Of a stretch of 64,000 bases of DNA, positions 30,085 through 39,282 are shown in pieces. This stretch comes from a bacterium (GTDB taxonomy: Bacteria; Hinthialibacterota; Hinthialibacteria; Hinthialibacterales; Hinthialibacteraceae), in the NCBI GenBank assembly GCA_963662285.2, contig CAXXMV010000003.1, positions 288,001 through 352,000 of the forward strand. The letters run 5' to 3'. The notes under the pieces were generated by a model. It was not told the origin of the DNA, searched no databases, and saw only the letters and a list, made by a program, of their open reading frames with translations. Made by a program: the position numbers and the translations under genes. Positions within the stretch are counted from its first letter, which is position 1. Every line of letters starts with the position of its first letter.

Positions 30085-32091
30085 CTATTCAGTTATCGGC
30101 TCTCCCAAGGCATCCACCGGATTTTCAATGCTCAGTTTCTCTTCAGGAATCAGCGCAGCCAGATCGGGCAGATCGTAATATTTCAAGGCGCCGTGAACCG
30201 TGTTGATTAGTTGGTTTCGGTTCATGGTGTTATGAATTACGTTGGACCATGAGATAAGTGAATTTTTGATTTTGACTGATGCAAACATGTCATGCTCCAG
30301 CGCGGCGGCATGTAATGCTGACGGCCCGGTTTCTCCATAGGAGACCAGATGAAGTTTTAATGGTTTATCTTCTACAGATAGCAGCTGAATATATTGCGCG
30401 CAGTCCAGGATATCCCCGGTTCTCATGCCGACGTAAGTTTTATCGAGCATGTAGGCCGAGAAATAATCTTGCCATCCCATTCCAAAATGCAGGTTGAAAC
30501 CTTTGCCGTCAGACGGGCGAACTGTTTCGCCGACGCCGCGCAGGTCAACCGCGAAAACCTTTTTACCTTCTCTGAGATATCCCTCAATCTCTTCTAATGC
30601 AGCATCCTTGCCCTTATCGTTGAGGTATAGAATTACCTCATTACTTGCGTTATCTGATCCGGTTGTGAAGAAGAGAGCGGGGAGCGCAATTCCCGGTTCA
30701 GGTTTTAATATTATCTTGTTGACATAGAAATCATTCCATTTCTGGCGTTCATCAATTTCAATGTCGGCGTTAAATTCTTCTAGCGCCTTGATTCCAGCCA
30801 GTTCCCGCACTTTATCCAATACTTTGTCCACTGGATTATCAGCCCAGAAACTTTTGCGTTGCTGCGCCAGTTTCTCTTCCAGTTCCAGATTAAGATCATA
30901 CACTGACCGGGCGCCTTGCATTAACATAACCTGACCTTTTTCGGAGCATTGCATCTGTTCGTCTGCAAGTATGGGGAAATCCGGTTCGGTTATGGGCGCA
31001 TCGATGCCGCGCAGCCAGCGCAGCATCCAGCGGGTCATGCCCACGCGCAGTTGAGTGCTGAAGCCATGAGTCATATCAGTCTCGACCAGGTTCATCCGTT
31101 CGGCGAAGCCCAGTCGTGAATAAAAGCGTTTGGCCTGCCGGAAGGCGTACCAGGCGCCTTTGATGTCGAAGAAGTCGCGGGTGGCGGTGCACATCAAGGT
31201 GGGCCAGGGGGCGCGCATCATGATGTAATCGGCGTGATCCATACCAAAGGCGATCTGGCCATGAATATTCTGTTCGGCGTCCTGGGGCGCCTGATTTCTC
31301 AGGGTGGTGATATAACAGCTGGGCGCTGCGCAGGCTACGCGCTCATCCAGCGCCATAATATAACTGGTCAAGGTTCCGCCGCCGGAATTGCCCGTGCAGC
31401 CGATGCGATTGGCATCAATATCATCGCGGCTCACTAGATAATCGATGCTGCGCATTCCATCCCAAACGCGGTACATGGCGGTGTTGCGTCCCACCAGAAT
31501 GCTGCCAACTCCGGCCATAGTGTGTCCAATAGTTCCGCCGATAAGCGGCGTGTTATCCGGTTTTAGCAACTGATACCGCTCTCCCTGGTCTATGGGATCA
31601 TAGCAGAGCACCGCAAAACCGTTCTTAGCCAGCAGGATGCAACTGCGCTGGTAGGCTTCTTCCGCTTTACCATTGTTACTGTGTCCACATGGGAAGAGTA
31701 CTGCTGGATATGGCGCTCTGCCTTCGGGAAGATAGAGCACGGCAGTGACGAAATGATTGGGCTGGCTCTCATATATTATCTTCTCCATACGGTAATCATC
31801 AAAACTGAGTTTTCCGGTTATCTGCGCGTTCAGTGGAGTACGTTCGGGAAAGCCGCCCAGCTGATCGATGAAGAATTGCTTCATCCTGGACTGATGCTCC
31901 AGTAATTGTGCGTCCGTTTTCAATTCTTCATAGGCTGCTTCACGAAGGTCGAATGCTTCATAGGTCAGATTGCGTAAATAGGACGTCATCATCTCCTGAT
32001 GAGCATCACCATTCAGAACTTTTAACCCATCAGAGAAGACGAGAGAGTTTATAAACAGAAGGAATATGGTATAAATAGATAGCCTAAACAT
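30085..32091 (-). CDS. Secreted alpha/beta hydrolase (acetylxylan esterase-like, two domains)
   Basis: Signal peptide, PCGHS, GCTGNSGGG nucleophile elbow, DAEQN, AVDLRGVGET. Confidence 0.8.
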   Translation of the reverse strand: MFRLSIYTIFLLFINSLVFSDGLKVLNGDAHQEMMTSYLRNLTYEAFDLREAAYEELKTDAQLLEHQSRMKQFFIDQLGGFPERTPLNAQITGKLSFDDYRMEKIIYESQPNHFVTAVLYLPEGRAPYPAVLFPCGHSNNGKAEEAYQRSCILLAKNGFAVLCYDPIDQGERYQLLKPDNTPLIGGTIGHTMAGVGSILVGRNTAMYRVWDGMRSIDYLVSRDDIDANRIGCTGNSGGGTLTSYIMALDERVACAAPSCYITTLRNQAPQDAEQNIHGQIAFGMDHADYIMMRAPWPTLMCTATRDFFDIKGAWYAFRQAKRFYSRLGFAERMNLVETDMTHGFSTQLRVGMTRWMLRWLRGIDAPITEPDFPILADEQMQCSEKGQVMLMQGARSVYDLNLELEEKLAQQRKSFWADNPVDKVLDKVRELAGIKALEEFNADIEIDERQKWNDFYVNKIILKPEPGIALPALFFTTGSDNASNEVILYLNDKGKDAALEEIEGYLREGKKVFAVDLRGVGETVRPSDGKGFNLHFGMGWQDYFSAYMLDKTYVGMRTGDILDCAQYIQLLSVEDKPLKLHLVSYGETGPSALHAAALEHDMFASVKIKNSLISWSNVIHNTMNRNQLINTVHGALKYYDLPDLAALIPEEKLSIENPVDALGEPITE

Positions 32092-32209
32092 TGTTGTTCT
32101 CCTTTAACCGATAGTATGTCGAGTCTATATGGTATATGGAATTGAGGATGAGATGTCAAGCGAAACTGAGGAGTGCGGTGGCAATTATTTTTTTCAATAG
32201 GTTATTTTT

Positions 32210-32303
32210 TTATTCCTCTCCCAAGCCTGGGGGAGGTTAGGAGGGGGTTGGTTGATATAGGCTCAACCCCCCTCTAACTCCCCCCAGGCTTGGGGGGAGA
32301 ATT
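32210..32303. repeat. REPIN-like inverted doublet, copy B
   Basis: Arms nearly identical to 6399-6492; only the central spacer differs substantially. Confidence 0.9.
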
Positions 32304-32414
32304 TTATCAACAATGTTTTATGTAAAACATTGCTTTTATCTTATCATTTAATACGGCTAAATTGTTTCATAATCTATTAAACACAGGAAACTCATAAAAA
32401 ATTGGAATCCAACC

Positions 32415-34250
32415 ATGATAAATAATCTACCAACCAAAAGCATTATCCTTCTGCTTACGCTAACATTGAGCGCCATGCAATCTTATAGCGTCCAGAATAT
32501 CACGTACGTCGAAGATGATGCTCTGTCAGCAGCCAAATTGCATATAGTAGTATCGGATGAAAAGGGCGATAGATTGCCGTGCTGCATCGCATTGACAAAT
32601 TCCAAGGGCGAACCCCTATGGGGTCTTGATGCTCATGGCAAGCCGCTGCATTACCGCGCTGAACCGAGGATATGGATATCGGGAGACTCTATACTAAGCA
32701 TCACGCCTGACGTATATCAATATGTCATATCGCGCCCTTATCGCTATAAAACTATTTATGGAACATGCACATTTCAGGCTGGTCAAAGCAAGACGCTGCA
32801 AGCAGAACTGGAATGCGTAGTTGATTTGCCCAAGCATGGATGGTATGGCGGCGACGCTCATCAACATATTGTGCATGGCGAGAAAGAGTTCGCCATCAAT
32901 GTTGAGACGGCGGCGAGGATCGCCCAGTCAGAAGGCGGCGATTGGAGCAGTTTCAATGGTTACTGGTCCAGCGTTGACGGCGATAATCCCACCCTAGGTG
33001 AACTGCGGGCTAGATGCGCAGCGCTCTCAAATGACCGTTTTTTAGCATTACTGGGTGAAGAGTATCCCAAGGATCACATGGGGCACATGGCATTCATGGC
33101 CGGACCTATCAAAGACTGGGTAAAAGAAATTGGTAAGAATGAATATGACTATCCTGCTGGTCAACATGAGAAACTGGCCCATTTTGAGATATTGCGGTCT
33201 GTGTTTCGAGCGGGGGGGCTATCGGTTTATACTCACCCCATCCGGGAATGGGGTGGAACCAAACAGAGCGTGGGCAATATCGCCAGAGAGTTGCCTTTTG
33301 ACCTTATCACCAGTCCTGAACTGATCCCATCCATCGACTGGATGACTGATGATCCCACAAGCCAGCAAATTATGGATGTATGGTCGATGTACTTGAATTG
33401 GGGCTATAAAATCGGTATATGCGCCTTCACTGATTCATGCTATGACCGTAATGACGCCAGACCATTCAATAAAAAGACCTTCGTTTTTTTAGGAGATAAA
33501 GAATTAACTGCGGCTAATATTATTACTGCAATCAATCAAGGCGCCACCTATGGTTCATCCGGCCCATTGCTGCTGATTGATATGGATAACCAGCCGCCGG
33601 GATCAACCTTCAGGCCTGACGGTATGGATCATATCCTTTCCATAGACGCCTATGCGCCAGAGGTGGATTATGATCAACGCATGGAGCAACCTACGCTCGA
33701 CCGTATCGAGATAATCCGTAATGGTGAGATATATAAAACTATTAAGTTACGGAAACAAAACATCAGACGGCATAAAACCAAAGTCGCCATTATTGAAAAA
33801 GAGACTGCGTGGTATATCATCAAAGTATTCGCCACAGGAAAACGTCAGGTTGCCATAACCAGCCCGTTCTATTTCCGCAGTGATGATTATAAGGCGCCAA
33901 CCGCCGAGATAGCGCTTGTTAAGGGAGTCATTAAAGATTCGCAAAGCGGAGAGAAACTGGACGCCGCAATTGAACTTGTTGAATTTAATCAAAACAATGT
34001 CTGCGTTATAGAAACTATCCAGGTAAATGATGGCGCCATTGATATTCAATGTTCTGCGACGTTCCGGCTACGGATTAAAGCGCCAGGTTATAAAGAGCAG
34101 ATAAAGAGCATCTTTTTTGATGATCCAAATCTATATACCGACCTGATCTTACCATTGAAACGCACTGATATGCTTGATGCCGAGTACTATAATCGCATCA
34201 AAACATCTCTGCAAAATATTACTCTGGATTTCGATTTGACGCGTGAATGA
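32415..34250 (+). CDS. Secreted PHP-fold metallohydrolase (CehA/McbA-like)
   Basis: GWYGGDAHQH, GEEY..HMGH, YTHP, FTDS, YGSSGPLL, IEIIRNG, AITSPFYF. Confidence 0.75.
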   Translation: MINNLPTKSIILLLTLTLSAMQSYSVQNITYVEDDALSAAKLHIVVSDEKGDRLPCCIALTNSKGEPLWGLDAHGKPLHYRAEPRIWISGDSILSITPDVYQYVISRPYRYKTIYGTCTFQAGQSKTLQAELECVVDLPKHGWYGGDAHQHIVHGEKEFAINVETAARIAQSEGGDWSSFNGYWSSVDGDNPTLGELRARCAALSNDRFLALLGEEYPKDHMGHMAFMAGPIKDWVKEIGKNEYDYPAGQHEKLAHFEILRSVFRAGGLSVYTHPIREWGGTKQSVGNIARELPFDLITSPELIPSIDWMTDDPTSQQIMDVWSMYLNWGYKIGICAFTDSCYDRNDARPFNKKTFVFLGDKELTAANIITAINQGATYGSSGPLLLIDMDNQPPGSTFRPDGMDHILSIDAYAPEVDYDQRMEQPTLDRIEIIRNGEIYKTIKLRKQNIRRHKTKVAIIEKETAWYIIKVFATGKRQVAITSPFYFRSDDYKAPTAEIALVKGVIKDSQSGEKLDAAIELVEFNQNNVCVIETIQVNDGAIDIQCSATFRLRIKAPGYKEQIKSIFFDDPNLYTDLILPLKRTDMLDAEYYNRIKTSLQNITLDFDLTRE

Positions 34251-34350
34251 TAACCATGTTACTCTCTGATTGATTTAATGTTTTTAGGCAGAATAAAAAT
34301 TCAGCCTTATTCGTCAAATGATAAGTCAACCAACTATACAGGAGGGTAGT

Positions 34351-34767
34351 ATGAAGCGATTTGTTATAGGTTCTATTTGCGCTGCTTTAGTTATTGCCGG
34401 CGTCGTGGGAGTAATTGCGTCGGAACAATTATCGGTCAAGACGGCGCCGCCGGTAGTGATCAAGACATTCCCCAAAGCTGGAGACGATAAAGTTGATCCC
34501 AATATCAAACAGATCAGGGTGACTTACAGCAAAGAGATGATGGATAAAAGCTGGTCACCGACTCAAATCAGTAGTGATTTATTTCCAGAGGTTGGCGGTG
34601 ATCTTTATTATGATAAAGACAAATGCACCTTTGTTATGCCGGTCAAACTAAAACCGGGATCAACCTACGCCGTGATGCTAAATTCCCAGAAGTATAGAAA
34701 TTTCAAAGATAAACAGGGACGTCCAGCAATGCCTTATTTATTAGTATTTGAAACCAGAGTGGATTAA
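34351..34767 (+). CDS. Secreted Ig-like (Big_5/SbsA-like) domain protein
   Basis: GGAGG RBS, signal peptide, PPVVIKTFPKAGDDKVDP...VTYSKEM...LKPGSTY...LVFET. Confidence 0.75.
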   Translation: MKRFVIGSICAALVIAGVVGVIASEQLSVKTAPPVVIKTFPKAGDDKVDPNIKQIRVTYSKEMMDKSWSPTQISSDLFPEVGGDLYYDKDKCTFVMPVKLKPGSTYAVMLNSQKYRNFKDKQGRPAMPYLLVFETRVD

Positions 34768-34789
34768 TCAGAGGATTAGATATTATATT

Positions 34790-34816
34790 CGCCCCGATAT
34801 ATTACCGGGGCGTTTT
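34790..34816 (+). terminator. Intrinsic terminator
   Basis: CGCCCCG-loop-CGGGGCGTTTT. Confidence 0.65.
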
Positions 34817-34847
34817 AATATTTAAAAACGGGGGAAGGGAAGAATAA

Positions 34848-35102
34848 GTGATGTTTTTCTATTATCGGGGGTTAATGGCTCTGTTCGCTTGTTATGCTAT
34901 TTATTTCGTTATAGCGACTATGATTAGAATTCCGCGTGACTTGGCTAGCCTTATAACGTTATATAACCAAAGAAAAATGACGGATTTCTACGTAGATGGA
35001 ACAGTGATGTTGGGATTCTGGTTGGCGTCGGCCATTTTCGCATACCTCTTTATGTACCCGTTAGTTAAGTTTGCTAAAGATATGGTGGAAATATATTCGT
35101 GA
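34848..35102 (+). CDS. Small two-TM membrane protein, paralog 1
   Basis: Shares PRDL...MT(D/E)FYV...M.GFW...Y...YP with the next ORF. Confidence 0.7.
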   Translation: MMFFYYRGLMALFACYAIYFVIATMIRIPRDLASLITLYNQRKMTDFYVDGTVMLGFWLASAIFAYLFMYPLVKFAKDMVEIYS

Positions 35103-35419
35103 TAGGCGCCGTTTTAGGCGGATCAAATATTCCGGGAGAGATTATGTATATCTATTTTTCCAAATTTTTCTTTGTTTTTGCGCTTTTTGCGCTTTTAATT
35201 GTCGGCCAGACCATCAACAAATTACCTCGCGACCTCATAACCCTCAGAGAGTATTATGAGGAACGGAATATGACGGAATTTTACGTCCATTTGGCCATTA
35301 TGGCGGGATTCTGGATGGTGACGATTCTGCTGATCTATTTCTTAATTTATCCTGCGGGAAAGATGGCGCTATTCGGATTAGGGCAATTATTTAAGTTGGT
35401 TTCACCTTTGTTTGGATGA
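35099..35419 (+). CDS. Small two-TM membrane protein, paralog 2
   Basis: Paralog of 34848-35102; GTGA overlap or internal ATG start near 35144. Confidence 0.7.
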   Translation: MIGAVLGGSNIPGEIMYIYFSKFFFVFALFALLIVGQTINKLPRDLITLREYYEERNMTEFYVHLAIMAGFWMVTILLIYFLIYPAGKMALFGLGQLFKLVSPLFG

Positions 35420-36300
35420 AAAAATAGTATACCTTTCTTTATCATCCAGTTTGTTGCGGGAAATATGAGCAACATACCTATCATGGGGATGATACCGTCA
35501 AACAATCGGCTTCCTCCGATCCATAGTTCGCTGACGTCTCCGGTGGTTTGAAACAGGGAACTGCGAAAAGAGAAAAACCATACCCAGCCGCCATGCAATC
35601 CTGCACCGTACCATAATGAACCGCTGCGGTATGCGCCATGACATAGCGCCATACCTACAATGAATAGCGCAACCGCATCGGGAAACAAAGTGAATTTATG
35701 AGCCATGTTAGAAAGCAACATGCCGCATATCTTGAAACCTGCCAGCCATGAATCAGGATTTACTAAATTTTCGTTGCCGCGACCTTCGATGAAATGCAGC
35801 GATGCGAATATCAGACTGGTAACCACCGCCGCTTTCTTCCAGCCCCATGCACTGCATAGTGAATAGAAGATCAATCCACGGAAGATATATTCCTCAATGC
35901 CGCTGACCAAGGCGCCGCGCAGCAGACCTTCAATAAATCGTTTACGCAGTTTCGGCGTGTTAAATGTTTCTGGAATCTCCCAAGCCCCGATCATCATATA
36001 GAACAAGGATAGGGCTGAAAGAAAAATGAATACCGAACCGAGTCCGATGAACAGGTTTTTGAGATTGCCTTTGCAAAAAGAGAAACCGACATTACCCGGC
36101 CTGCGCATGGCTAGAAACTTGCGGAAAACAATCAAACTTATAATGACGGCGATCATCCACACCCGGCGGAATACCCGTGCGGCGGGGTAGGTCATTTGCA
36201 ATCCGTCCACCATATTTTGAATAAACGGATAGGCCAGGCAAGCGGCGATGCTTGAGCCGAGTAGTATGATTAGTATTTTTAAGAATCTTTTCCAAAACAT
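35347..36300 (-). CDS. CPBP family intramembrane glutamic endopeptidase (Abi/CAAX protease-like)
   Basis: EEYIFRG, FASLHF, GSLWYGAGLHGGW motifs, multiple TM helices. Confidence 0.9.
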   Translation of the reverse strand: MFWKRFLKILIILLGSSIAACLAYPFIQNMVDGLQMTYPAARVFRRVWMIAVIISLIVFRKFLAMRRPGNVGFSFCKGNLKNLFIGLGSVFIFLSALSLFYMMIGAWEIPETFNTPKLRKRFIEGLLRGALVSGIEEYIFRGLIFYSLCSAWGWKKAAVVTSLIFASLHFIEGRGNENLVNPDSWLAGFKICGMLLSNMAHKFTLFPDAVALFIVGMALCHGAYRSGSLWYGAGLHGGWVWFFSFRSSLFQTTGDVSELWIGGSRLFDGIIPMIGMLLIFPATNWMIKKGILFFHPNKGETNLNNCPNPNSAIFPAG

Positions 36301-36383
36301 AGAGCATAAGATGACATCAGCCTATCAAAGCGCCAAGGGGAGTAAAGGATGATTTTATAGATTTTAGAAGATTGTGAAATATG

Positions 36384-36413
36384 AAACCGCCAGCGGGGAA
36401 GCGCTGGCGGTTT
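36384..36413 (-). terminator. Hairpin, probable terminator of the sigma factor gene
   Basis: AAACCGCCAGCG-GGGAAG-CGCTGGCGGTTT. Confidence 0.65.
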
Positions 36414-36475
36414 ACAGGGAGAAAGAAAAGAAAAATAAGAGTGTGTGTGCGTGTTTGTTTTAATATAACGATTGA

Positions 36476-37318
36476 TTAAGCAGCGAATAACTCTTCCATT
36501 TTTGCGCGAACGGTCGGGCGGCGAAGTTTTTCCATGGCCTGCTCTTCGATGCGTCGAACGCCTTCAGCGCTTAATCCCAGAATTTGGCCGACTTTGCGCA
36601 GGCTGAGTTTTTTGCCGCCATTTTCCAGGTTGTAGCGATGAGTCAGTACGTCACGTTCACGGGTATTAAGAATTCTCATGGCTGAAGCAAGACGTTTTAA
36701 TGCTTCTTTGTTCCATACTGTATCACGGGCGTCTTCATGATCCTCATCAACCAGAACGCTTTCCCAGCCGTTATGTTCATCAGTACTGGCATGCAGCGTG
36801 TGGAATGAGGGTGAATGATTATCGATTTCTTCCACTTTTTTGGCATCAATGCCGAGTTTTTCAGAAACCTCATTCATGGTAGGTCTGCGTCCGTTAGTTT
36901 TAACAAAATCATCTTGACATATGCGGATTTTGCGTAGTATCTCAGTTTTGTTAATAGGAAGATTTATCTGACGGGTTTTTTGCTCCAGAGCGCGTTGTAG
37001 ATAAAGCCGAATCCACCAGGATGCGTATGTTATTAACCGGCAATTCCGGGCTGGATCGAATTTTTCCAATGCTTCGATCAGTCCCAGGTTGCCTTCCTGA
37101 ATCAGGTCGGCCAAGGAAAGACCCTGGTTGCGGAAATTGAGAGATATTTTAATTACAAATCGTAGATTGCTCTCAATGAGTCGTCTGCGAGCATCCATAT
37201 CGCCTTTATGGTACTTTATAACCATCTCCCGCTCTTCAGTGACGCTTAACGGGGTTGTCGTTGTTTCAGCGTAAATTTGATGATTTATATTTGAAAAGTC
37301 CATTTTCTTAATCTCCAT
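36476..37318 (-). CDS. Alternative sigma-70 factor (RpoD/RpoH/SigB-like, lacking region 1.1)
   Basis: LIESNLRFV, DLIQEGNLGL, TYASWWIR, region 4 LSLRKVGQILGLSAEGVRRIE; start may be 37303. Confidence 0.92.
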   Translation of the reverse strand: MEIKKMDFSNINHQIYAETTTTPLSVTEEREMVIKYHKGDMDARRRLIESNLRFVIKISLNFRNQGLSLADLIQEGNLGLIEALEKFDPARNCRLITYASWWIRLYLQRALEQKTRQINLPINKTEILRKIRICQDDFVKTNGRRPTMNEVSEKLGIDAKKVEEIDNHSPSFHTLHASTDEHNGWESVLVDEDHEDARDTVWNKEALKRLASAMRILNTRERDVLTHRYNLENGGKKLSLRKVGQILGLSAEGVRRIEEQAMEKLRRPTVRAKMEELFAA

Positions 37319-37352
37319 TCAACTAACATTGCATGTTGTTGTAGTTCTTATA

Positions 37353-37370
37353 ACACAAGGATTGTGCCAA
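37353..37370 (-). promoter_or_regulatory. Putative sigma-54 (-24/-12) promoter
   Basis: Minus strand TTGGCACAATCCTTGTGT = TGGCAC-N5-TTG(T), about 35 nt upstream of the sigma gene. Confidence 0.5.
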
Positions 37371-37609
37371 CATCTTTTCTTGTTTAGGTAAAGTATATTT
37401 ACCAGTACAGGAAAGGATATGTAAGTGTAATTAATACAGTATAATAAAAAGTTTTGTAATAAGTTTCATCAAGTAAATAACTTAAAAAATCATTACATTA
37501 TTGGAGTTAAATAAATGTGGTTTGGAAGGATTCTGCACAGAGATATTCTTCACACCTGCGCATTATTCTGCACACTTGGGGGGGGGTATTTATTATGAAG
37601 GTTTGAGCT

Positions 37610-37755
37610 AACAACCCCCTCTTGAATTCTCCCCCAACTTGGGGGAGAGGGATTTTGAGATATAACCAGTTATATTGTTTTGACTTAGTTATACAAAAAT
37701 ACTTTGGTCTAACATTCCTCTCCCAAGATTGGGAGAGGATAGGTGAGGGTTGATA
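37610..37755. repeat. ~145-bp composite palindromic element, copy B (inverted relative to 2139-2283)
   Basis: Full-length alignment with the reverse complement of 2139-2283, conserved arms and diverged middle. Confidence 0.85.
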
Positions 37756-37772
37756 CTGTTTATTATTCAGTT

Positions 37773-38936
37773 TCAATGTTTATACATCTCAATCGCCGCT
37801 GCATAGGCCGATTCGAGTGAATCGACATGGGATTTCCAGTTGTATATCTCTTTAGCTTGTATTTGACCTGCTGATGACATGCTTTTTTGAATATCCTTAT
37901 TATTTAGTATCCATTCGACCTTTTCAGCCATGGCCTGGACATTACCGCATGGCGCGATGGCGCCCGCCTGGCTTGCCATTCTTCTTACATCACCAACGTC
38001 TGATGCGACAATAGGTAATCCCATGGCCATATATTCGGCTATTTTAAGCGGTGATTTTGCGCGGGTTACGTCATTTTCCTCAAATGGCGCCAGGGCAATA
38101 TCAGCTATTGACAGATATTTGGGGATTTCATCGGCAGGAACATAATCGGTAAACAGAATATGTTGAGAAACGCCGATTTCATCAGCCCGTTGGCGAATGG
38201 CCTCTAGCTTCCTGCCTCCTCCAAGCACCAGCAGGTTTGCTTCAATACTCTTATTTATAACCTGTTTCAGGGTTTCAACTGCTTGTTCGGCGTAACTGGC
38301 TACTTCCAACTGCCCGCTATAAACCAGGAGAGGTTTCTTTAGGTTCAATTGTTTAAGCAATGCATCGTCGCATGGCCTGGGGTAGAATCGTTCTAAATCG
38401 GCGCCGACCGGGGCGTCCCATATTTTATGGGGATCAGCGCCCCATTCGATAGCCTTTTGATTAAGAAACTGACTGGCGGTAGTCATGGTATGACAGAGCC
38501 TGGGCAGCAATCTATCCCATTTTCCTGCGATCCAACCGGCGGTTTTTGATCCGGTAAGTTCAGCGGCTATGCCGGTTTCCCAGTCATCCCAATCGTAATG
38601 CAGCGGGATTTTACCCAGTTTAGAAAGAGCGAGGGCGGGTAGGGAAGCGTCGGGATATGATTTCCAAAGATGAATGATGTCCGGTTTAGGATCAATCTGC
38701 AAAAGTCTTTTAATATTATAAGGATAACGATGGACTTTTCTGTCTAAATGAAGCATTTTAACGCCCATTTCAGACAGATTCACAAATGCCGGGATGCTTT
38801 CATGGCGTTGGCTATGCACGAAATCGGCCAGAAAAACTTCGCGTCCCCGGCGTAATAATTCCTCAGCCTGACAGATAACGCGTCTGGCGCAGGAAACTGA
38901 GGATAAATCGAAGCGTTGAATCATCAAAATTCGCAT
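37773..38936 (-). CDS. Glycosyltransferase family 4
   Basis: GADLERF, KSPLKIAEYMAMGLPIVASDVG GT-B signature. Confidence 0.9.
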   Translation of the reverse strand: MRILMIQRFDLSSVSCARRVICQAEELLRRGREVFLADFVHSQRHESIPAFVNLSEMGVKMLHLDRKVHRYPYNIKRLLQIDPKPDIIHLWKSYPDASLPALALSKLGKIPLHYDWDDWETGIAAELTGSKTAGWIAGKWDRLLPRLCHTMTTASQFLNQKAIEWGADPHKIWDAPVGADLERFYPRPCDDALLKQLNLKKPLLVYSGQLEVASYAEQAVETLKQVINKSIEANLLVLGGGRKLEAIRQRADEIGVSQHILFTDYVPADEIPKYLSIADIALAPFEENDVTRAKSPLKIAEYMAMGLPIVASDVGDVRRMASQAGAIAPCGNVQAMAEKVEWILNNKDIQKSMSSAGQIQAKEIYNWKSHVDSLESAYAAAIEMYKH

Positions 38937-39282
38937 AGTTTCACTTTTTTATTGATAAGTCGGTAAAAAGGGGATGAAGGCCGAAATTTACACTGTATCT
39001 TGTATGAATCTCCCTCGTATAACCACATAATATTGTGATTATACTATACTTTTTTAACTTTTTACCGTTTCGTCATAATATGTTTTTTTAATGAACCGTA
39101 AAACCCGTTGGATCAAAAAGAAAGGCGTTGAATTGTAATATTGAATAAAAATATGGAAAATAATGAAAATATAGGTTGAATAATGGTCTGATTTTATATA
39201 TTGTAGATGACGTATATTTATAAGTCGGGAAAACTGTGTTTATCCCGTGGTTTTTTGTACGCCCAAGAATACGGAGGCACCG

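Noticed and set aside
35347-36300. CPBP protease as the sortase for the W-S-L-F tag
   Set aside because: CPBP-type sorting enzymes act on TM-helix-containing C-terminal signals; the tag has no TM segment and the gene is not linked to tagged genes
37507-37776. 89-aa ORF containing PSPILSQSWER and PLPQVGGE
   Set aside because: It is the translation of the 145-bp palindromic repeat
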